DNA from: Podarcis vaucheri
Lineage: Eukaryota
Assembly: GCA_965113315.1 (NCBI GenBank)
Contig: OZ220364.1
Length of the DNA stretch: 64,000 bases
Strand: one strand, 5' to 3'
Part shown: one piece after another, positions 30,301 to 39,300 of the stretch
How the letters are laid out: each line of letters begins with the position of its first letter
Position numbering within the stretch: position 1 is the stretch's first letter
The notes under the pieces: generated by a model
Told to the model about the DNA's origin: nothing
Databases searched by the model: none
What the model saw: only the letters and a program-made list of their open reading frames with translations
Translations under genes and position numbers: made by a program

Positions 30301-33300
30301 GAACTTGAGATGGCTGGCTATATTAAATGTACTATATTAGCATGCTCTATCAAGTGATTTAGTATTTGAATGAGATGAATGCTGGCCAGATGTACTGCAG
30401 TTTACAAATCAGCTGTTGTGTTCAAAACAGCAAATGTTTTAGAGCCCTTTGGCTAAAGAACTACACACACCTGCATATCAACTGGACAGACTCAATAGCC
30501 CATAAACACCAAACTCATCCATCAACTGCGGAACATTAACACTGCAAAATCTATCAGTTAAGTTAAAAAAAACTTAAGTGAACTTTGTATTATTGGAATA
30601 ATGCAAAGCACATTGGTGCACTTCAGCTGAACATGTACACTCAGCACAGCAGCTATATAGACTTCATCACAGTAGGCAAGTTCCAAATAAAATTAAATAT
30701 TTGTGAGTAACATATATCTCAATGGATTAGTTAAACACATGCTTAAACCTTTCCCATTCATATCAACAGTACATAAAAATGCTTTTCTGCAGTTTGATTT
30801 TATCTGATACTCTTAAGGCTTCAGCAATGATGAAAGGCTGGTATGAAGGTAGGTTTGTATTCATTCTTAGTAAAAACAGCATGGTACTAATATAGCACCT
30901 TCCTGATATCTGTGCCACATTTCTCACTGGGCAACTTTTGACACAGAAGTGTATAAGCGGATATTAGCTGGAAATCAGTATTTATTCTGATCTATTTATT
31001 AATGTTAATTAATTTTAGATATTATTGTCACCTGTATCTCAGAATGCAATGCTGGGATAAACCCCTACAGCCCTGAACACAAAAACACATTCTAAAAATG
31101 TAACTGTTAAAATATGTACCAGTGGGATAAGAACAATATCAGAAATATAGACCGTTGCTCCTGGAGGAAGCAAATAAAAACTGTGAAATGGGTACATCTA
31201 GCTTTGTTTGCTGTTCCTTAAACCAGGAATTTACATGAAGAAAAATACAACTTTAGAATAAACTGTTTACTGCTAAAAACCTGAATTTGATTTTGATTCA
31301 ATGTTTCATTTTATCCCATGCCCTTTGCTGACACTCTTGTGGCAGCATGTTATAACAGTAGATAGGAGTAGTGGGATCACCTGCTGTTTAGGCCCCTTAT
31401 GTTACCTACAAACAGCAGGATAAGGAAGGGTGTGAGGATGGAGTTTCAGTAATAACAGGGTGAATTTCCTGGCTTATGTCACCACCTTCCCATTACTCAA
31501 AAGATAATTTTCTTGTCTGTGACTACAGGAACTTGGGAGTTAAATCACTTGGCATTTCATATGGAGAAACACTTTGGCTTAAAATCCCCTCTACAAGAGC
31601 AAAGATTTGACAAGCTTGGCAGCTGAGCTTATATATTTATATGTTTCTCTGGGAGGTGAGAGGGGGAGTGAATAGAATATATAATCTCTTTCACAGGCCA
31701 CACAACAGAAAGTTCCAAGGGGGCCTTCTCTTTTGCACAGGAGAGATAATAGTCTCTCATCTTGACACACAAGGGTTTTAGGAAGGCAATTCTGCTTCTG
31801 CCAGCAGAATCTACACAGTGAATTGAAATAAAACAGAAAAAAATCAGTGCCAGTAAGTTCAGAATTTAGTGATGTCAAATTCCCCTCTAGGTGGCTTACA
31901 GCACATATAAAAAATTGTAAAACATCGGACATTAAACATTTCCCGATATAGGGCTGCCTTCAGATGTCTTCTAAACGTCAGATAGTTGTTTATTCCTTTG
32001 GCATCTGATAGGAGGGCGTTCCACAGGCTGGGCGCCACTACCGAGAAGGCCCTCTCCCTGGTTCCCTGTAAATTCACTTCTCGCAGTGAGGGAACCACCA
32101 GAAGGCCCTTCAAGCTCCAACCCACCTGTCCCCCTATTTCCAAACCCTTTCTCTTTAAATAGTTCTTGGGGGGAAACAGCTTGCCCAAAAGGGCAATGGC
32201 ATCCTTTTGTCTTGTACACTGCAGTGCAATGTGCTAGGCCCCATAACTTTTATCAAAAACTTTGACAAATGACTTTCACCAGCATCTCCAGTTCAAACAC
32301 TTTCCATAACAAGAACCTAACATAGTCTGTCATAACAAGGTAGCCCATTTTAAAGGAAAATATGTCACAGTAAAATCAAACTGAGGTGATGATCCAGCTG
32401 AAAGTTAAGTATTGTGATTCCAACTGTTTTGAATGGGACAGTTAAGTATGTGCTTAACACACCCATTCAAAACAATGGAACAAAATGCTTAGGTTTACTT
32501 GGTTCATGACTGTGGCGTTTGCCTCCTAGATGGGTCATAAGGAAAGGGTTAAAATGAGTGTGATGGCCAGTGAGAATGCAAGGGGGGAGTAAAAGTTAGA
32601 GTGGGAGGTTTTGAAAGTTAGTTGAGGTTTGGGAGTTGGAGAAGGAAGAGGGAAGAATAGGCAGTGGGTTGGTCGAGTTGCATTGCGTGGCGAGTTCCCG
32701 CCCCCCACCAAGATAAATAAACACACGAGACACCATAAATTAAGGTTAATTGGGCGAATTAGGCCACAACTTTATTGAATTCAGGAATGAGAGGCATTGG
32801 CTTAGGCATTGGTCCTAACGACTATCCGGCTCCAGCCCATTTGCTGGAGACACGGTGAAGGGTTAACACTGATCGGGGGAGTCTCCCGCTGAGGCACGTC
32901 GGCTAAGAGCTCCCCCGGGTCACCGCTCTGGGGCGTGCCTTTGGCCCACACCTCCATAGGCTTCGGACAGGGCCACGCCCCCCGGAGTCCTTTAACGGAC
33001 CACCCTTCGTTCACTGGGGGGAGGTGATGGCGTTCCTCCCCCCCACACATCCTCTTAACCCCTTCTTACCAATGCCTACCGCCAATGCCGAAGAGTTGTG
33101 ACGAGTTGCTACGAGGTAGGCGAAAAACCAAAAGGCTGGAAATTGCCAATTGGGAAAAATTCCTACCATGCCCCTTGCGGCGACAGGCCAAAGCCCATAG
33201 CAAAGTCAGACCTACCTAAAGCCCCAACTAAAGGGAGGGAGGGTGGGGAAACGTGGAGCTAGCCGGAGAAGAGAGGGCGAGCCCCCTCCGCTCCGGCCCT

Positions 33301-36300
33301 AAATAGGGCAAGCCACGCCCCCTCCAGCCAGCCGATTGGCTGGCCGGGAGGCGTGGCCGGATGGGATTCCCCTGCTCTCGCGGGGGCTGAGACCAGCCCC
33401 CGCTCACGTGGGGAAGGGCGTGATGCCCGCAACCCCACCTCCTGGGGCAGGCCCGGAAGTGGCTTTGCGTGGCGAGTTCCCGCCCCCCACCAAGATAAAT
33501 AAACACACGAGACACCATAAATTAAGGTTAATTGGGCGAATTAGGCCACAACTTTATTGAATTCAGGAATGAGAGGCATTGGCTTAGGCATTGGTCCTAA
33601 CGACTATCCGGCTCCAGCCCATTTGCTGGAGACACGGTGAAGGGTTAACACTGATCGGGGGAGTCTCCCGCTGAGGCACGTCGGCTAAGAGCTCCCCCGG
33701 GTCACCGCTCTGGGGCGTGCCTTTGGCCCACACCTCCATAGGCTTCGGACAGGGCCACGCCCCCCGGAGTCCTTTAACGGACCACCCTTCGTTCACTGGG
33801 GGGAGGTGATGGCGTTCCTCCCCCCCACACATCCTCTTAACCCCTTCTTACCAATGCCTACCGCCACCGAGCAGCCGCTCGCCGCCAATACTCTCAAGCC
33901 TGAATCCACTCCCTTATCCCCTTAGCAATATCCATCAGCCAAACATCGTTACCAGCATCCGAAAGATGCACGCCATCATACCGGTAGAGGGCCTCAATGT
34001 TGAAACGAATGCCTGGGTGGCTAATGACCAACCCCCCCAGGGCTGCCACTCTACGCACCACCGCCCGATCCAAGGCTTTCCTAGCCCTATTTATAGCTAT
34101 CGGGCACCTGCAATCTCTCCAAACCCGCCTCTCCATCAGCGAGGCCCAAATAATTGTGACATTCGGGTAAGCTGCCTTCAGCTCCTCGAAGTCGCTAAAA
34201 ATGTGCCACTGCAAATCAATTGCCTTCCTGTAGGCTAGGTCATTTTCCCCTAATTGTATAAGCAAAGCATCTGGGGGGCCCTCTACTGCCGCTCTGGTCA
34301 TAACTGCCGGAAGCATCTCGGCCCAGCGCATTCCCCTCCGGGAGACCCAGGAAATGGTGATGTGAGGTGGGAAGCCCAGGCATGGCCCGAGACCGGAATT
34401 AATGGCGCGGACCCTGGCCCAATGCACAATACTGTGCCCGATAATCCAGACGCGCGCCCCCATGTCACCTGTAGGAAATTGAGATAAAAGGCCATGGTCA
34501 ATCACTATCACAAATTCTTTCTCAAATAACGTTTGTACGCATTAGACTTCCAGCGACCTAAGTCCCTAATCCTTTCTGTTGTAAGACCCAAGTGCATTGC
34601 CGTGGTGGCTGCTCCGATCCTGAAGGAGTGTGCTGCAAAATCAGCCGCGGGGATGCCGCATGCTGCTATCGCTAAGCGCATGACCCGAGTGAACTGGTGA
34701 CGCGTCAAAGGTAAACCATCTGCATGGATCAATAGAGGCCCTGCCGAGGTGACCCTCAAGGATAAAAAGCGCCTCGTGTCTTTTACTGGGCATGGGCCAG
34801 GCCTGCCAGTAGGCATCAGCTGAACCAAAGCCCCCCTCCCGTACTGGTCCGTTTTGGAGCTGCGTATTCGTATTACCAAGTCCTCCCGTGACAAGGTAAC
34901 ATCGCTTAAAAGCAAGCCCCGGGAGGAACCGTGCCAACCTGCTTCATAAACTACCTCACCCACGCGCAGAGCTCCAAAAAAGGCAATGGAATATGCCGCT
35001 GAAAATAGGCGCGCCTCGTACTTTGACCAGCATACTGCACGCAATTTTTTATGGATTTGGGAGAGAATGTCGAATGATATCGGCCTTCTCGTATCGCAGT
35101 TTGGGGGCTGTAGCCTGCGCCAACCCTCTAACGTCCTTCGTATAACAAAATCGTCACAAGGATCTGTGGAAAATACCGCCTTGCAAAAGAATGAGATTGC
35201 CGCGGCTTGAAGGTTGAGGGTTCTGGGGGCGCGGCCCAAACGTCTTAGGTAAACTAGGTACGATAGCACCTCAGGCTTGACGGGAGGGGCATTGCTCTTG
35301 ATGGCTCGGGTTTTGCGGCGGAAGTTTAAAAAATCTGACCAAGCCTTCTTATAGGATCTCAAAGTGGAAGGTGCCAATGAGGCCATTACTCCCTGAATCA
35401 CTTCTGGCTCCCAGGCCTCTGGTCCCCATGCCTCTGGTCCCCGAGACTCCAAAGATGTTCCGGGAACGGCTGCGGCAGAAGCTCTGCATCCGGTGCCAAC
35501 GATCGGAAGCGGTCCATCTGAAAGCGAGATAGGGCGTCCGCGATGTCATTATTTACACCAGGCACAAATTTTGCAGAGAAGTGGATGTTGAGCTCTAAAC
35601 ACCGGAGAACGAAGGAACGCAGGAGGACGCCTACCCTTGGAGACCGCGCGACCTGCCTGGAAAGTACTGCCACCACGGCCTGATTGTCGGTGTGGAAGCA
35701 CACCCTATGGTTACTGAAGGTTTCCGGCCACAGGTGCACCGCCACTACTATCGGAAAAAACTCCAGGAAGGTTAAGTCTCTGGTAATGGGCCCCCCTTGC
35801 CAGTCGGCGGGCCAGCGCTGAGCACACCATTGGCCCCTAAAGTAAACACCAAACCCCAGAGAGCCCGAAGCATCTGAATGGACCTGGAAGTCAACCTGCA
35901 GCGACAGGTTGTCCTGCCACAGGGAAATGCCGTTGTAGTTCTGCAAGAACCTCAACCAGACTTCCAGGTCAGACTTCACTTCCTTGGATAGCCGTACTCT
36001 ATGGTGAGGGGAACGCAGCCCTGCTGACAATTTCGCGAGGCGGCCGCAGAATGGGCGGCCAGGGGAAACCACGCGGCAAGCAAAATTTAAGTGACCTAAC
36101 AGAGACTGGATTTGCCTGAGCGTAACTTTTCTTAGAGGGAGCAGCTGCCGAATCAGGTCGCCAAGCGCGATGAGTTTTTCCCTGGGAAGCTTTGAGGTCT
36201 GAGCGACCGTGTCCAGCTCGATACCCAAATAAACCATTGTCGTGGCCGGACCCTCAGTTTTGTCGGCGGCTAGAGGAACCCCCAGTTCCCCTGCCAATGA

Positions 36301-39300
36301 TATGAAGGCTTCGAGGAGCTCTGAGCACTTAAGGCTGCTATTGGCCACGAGGATAAAGTCGTCCAGGTAGTGCGACACGCCCTTGGCGCCGGTTCTAAAG
36401 CGAAGCGCCCAGTCTAGGAAGGTGCTGAATGCCTCAAAGGCTGCGCAGGCCACAGAGCAGCCCATGGGCATTGCCTTGTCTACAAAATATGCCCCCTCAA
36501 ATTTGAAGCCAAGCCACCGAAAATCTTCTGGATGAACTGGCAGGAGTCTAAAGGCCGACTCAATGTCACATTTTGCCAGCAGTGCCCCCTTGCCGAACTT
36601 GCGTATGAGCTGCACCGCTTGGTCAAACGTGGCATACCTAACTGTGCAGAGTTCCTGTGGTATCGCATCATTGACAGACCCCCCCTTAGGGTAGGAAAGG
36701 TTGTGGATCATGCGATACTCACCGGGCGCTTTTTTGGGGACTATGCCTAACGGGGAAATATGGAGGCCTTCGATTGGAGGGGCTAGGAAGGGGCCGGCTA
36801 CCCTTCCTGCTTTAATTTCCTTACTAATTTTCTTTTGGGCGACCTCGGGCATCTCCCTCACCGATTTTTGGTTTGGAGGATCACCTGAATTGGGGGGAAA
36901 GGCTACTGGGATCCTGAAACCAGTACTAAAGCCCTCCCATAAGTATTGCGCTGCCGTCCTGTTAGGATAAAGATCTAAAAGGTTTTTTAACGGTGTCAAC
37001 TTGATGGGGGACCAGGCTAAGCCCAGACTGAAATTACTGTCTGCCACCCTGGGGTCCGAATGGCGCTCCGTGGCCACCTCTCGGTCCCTGGTTATGGGCG
37101 CCTCTCCCACCCCGAAAGGGCTGCCTCCCTTTAATGCAGGCAGTGGCTGGGTGGTTACCTAGGCATTTTTCGCACTCGTGGCTGTACTTACAGACAGCCC
37201 GTGCACAAACCCCCTTGTTGTACTCCCAGCAGAGTCGCCTCTGCTTTGCAGCGGTTTTCCAAGGTCTCGACGACTCCTGGGGCTTCTTCTCCACGAAGGG
37301 ACCCACGTGGTCAGACCAGTAATTTTGGTCCCTCAGATCCCAGCGCGTGGACGACAACAGTGATGCATTTCTGCGGAAATCTTCATCATAATTTAGGGCA
37401 GCAATATCACCCGCTAAATCCCGTGCCCTCCTGACATGAGCTAGGTACGCAATCAAGTGCATCGCCCGCTTTGGATAAGCCGCGCTGACGACGCCCATGA
37501 ACACCTGGAACCCATCCAGCCAGTTGTCAAAAGTACGTTCGGGTCTAGGTGTCCTGTACCTACGATTACCATACTTGCGCTTCTTCTCCCCTTTACCTGT
37601 AAGCTTTGCTGGAGGTATCAGTCTGAAAACATCTATAAATTCTCCATTAAGGATCTTATTCCTCTTTCTTGGAGATAAATGAGAGCCTACGATGAAATCC
37701 GTAGACAGATTAGTGGACGTTTTAACATCCTGGACCAAAGCGCCATCCTTCCATTCGAGGGTCCCGTTAAAGGATTTCCTGTAGGAATTGGCCCTCCTCT
37801 CATTGACCCATAAAGGAAGACCCACAACGTCCTCCCCGTGGCCCCAATACTCCTCCCTAGGAGCATCACTATCTGAATCGGAAGAAGAAGAGGTACCTGA
37901 ATCATCCTCTGAATCCGAATGCCGACACTTCTTCTTCTTCTTTGAGGTGTGCTTCCTCTTCTCTTTCCTCTTCCCCGAGTGGCTCACAGGAATGGCTTGA
38001 TCCGGAACGGCTACCGGCTGCGCTGCTTGCGCCCCCTGGGCTTCCTCGTCGGAAGAAGAACTTGAGGCGCCCTCGGCTGATGCTGTCTGCAGTGGTGGGT
38101 TCTGAAAGAGACTTGGAACACCTGGATCCTTTTGCGGATTAGTAGCCCCAGGACAATGAACGCAAGTCTTACCCTTTCTGCCTCCCCTCGGGGCCCCTTT
38201 TGCCTTGGCCGGGCCGGTCGGCTGTGCCCGGGTATTCCTTTTGGGCCGGGGTGTTGACTCCTTGGCTGCCTTCAGCGCTGCCACCGCGGCTGCAGAAGTG
38301 CCGGGAAGTTGCACCTCGTTAGGTTGTGTGTCTGGGATGAAATCCTGAGTGAACGCTCTTGGTGCCTCCATCGCGGATACCGCCACCACCGGTGCCGCTG
38401 TCGATGGTGCCCCTGGAGCCAGCCCTGGTGCCGCTGTCACTTGCGCTGCCGGTGTCGCTGCCCCTTGTCCTGAGGATCTATGCCTATAGAAATCCTGAAA
38501 CGCTGTGAAAAAATCTGCCAAGGCTTGAGGGTTACTTGGGATTACAAAAGGTTGGGGCTCCTCCTGATTCCCCTGAGGCCCCCCAGCTGCGGTGGAGTTT
38601 ACTTGGTTACCTTGACCGGACATGATGTGATCTAGATTCTTGCTTATCTTGATCAATGAAACACCAACAACGTAGTATGGCTAATGTGCGTAGCTCAGTA
38701 TCGTCTGCACTGGCAAACTTTAATGGAATGATAGTTAACACACACAACTGCTCCTGTTCGATACTTTGCCCACCAGTAGAACAGCAGACAATCACCGTAG
38801 CTCAGTATTGTCCGCACTCAACCCAGTCGCCCAGAATTGTCCTCCCTGGATACCCACCAAAGAGCACTTTAGATATATGTATATGTATTATTACTATTCG
38901 TATCGCTGTAACTATATATTTATTTGCTTATCTATCGATTGCCGAATTGAATGATTGCAACTATATCACAATTAAAATTGTTAAGAGCAGGTAAAGCAAT
39001 GAAATGTAACGACCAATAGATGAGTTGGCCCAATGAACCAACTTCTAATTAACTTAAACGGAATAAAGCAACTTAATTAACGTGCAATTATAAAGGAGAG
39101 GAAATTAGTGAATGCGTGAGCTATCCCCAGCCTTCCCTTATATATTATAGAATGTCTACCGGCAGTCTATAGCCAAAGACAATAGAGTAATATCAGACTA
39201 ATTTCCTATGAACCAAATTATAATTTGTTTAACTGCAACAGAGAGGCAAGGTCACTTGAAAGATAATTGCAGACAAGGAGTTTTATCAAGCAAAGCAAGG

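Noticed and set aside
32802-33832. Twin 82-aa ORFs (32802..33050 and 33584..33832)
   Set aside because: They lie inside the B repeats, have no recognisable domain and are identical only because of the repeat.
32683-33866. 402-bp duplication as an assembly artefact
   Set aside because: The A...B-A-B arrangement with a shared TTG is the expected Ngaro terminal structure.
34508-37110. Phage integrase plus RT read as a bacterial system (retron, DGR, prophage) or contamination
   Set aside because: It lies in a spliced vertebrate gene with clean junctions inside a host LTR; ORF order and split direct repeats fit a eukaryotic Ngaro retrotransposon.
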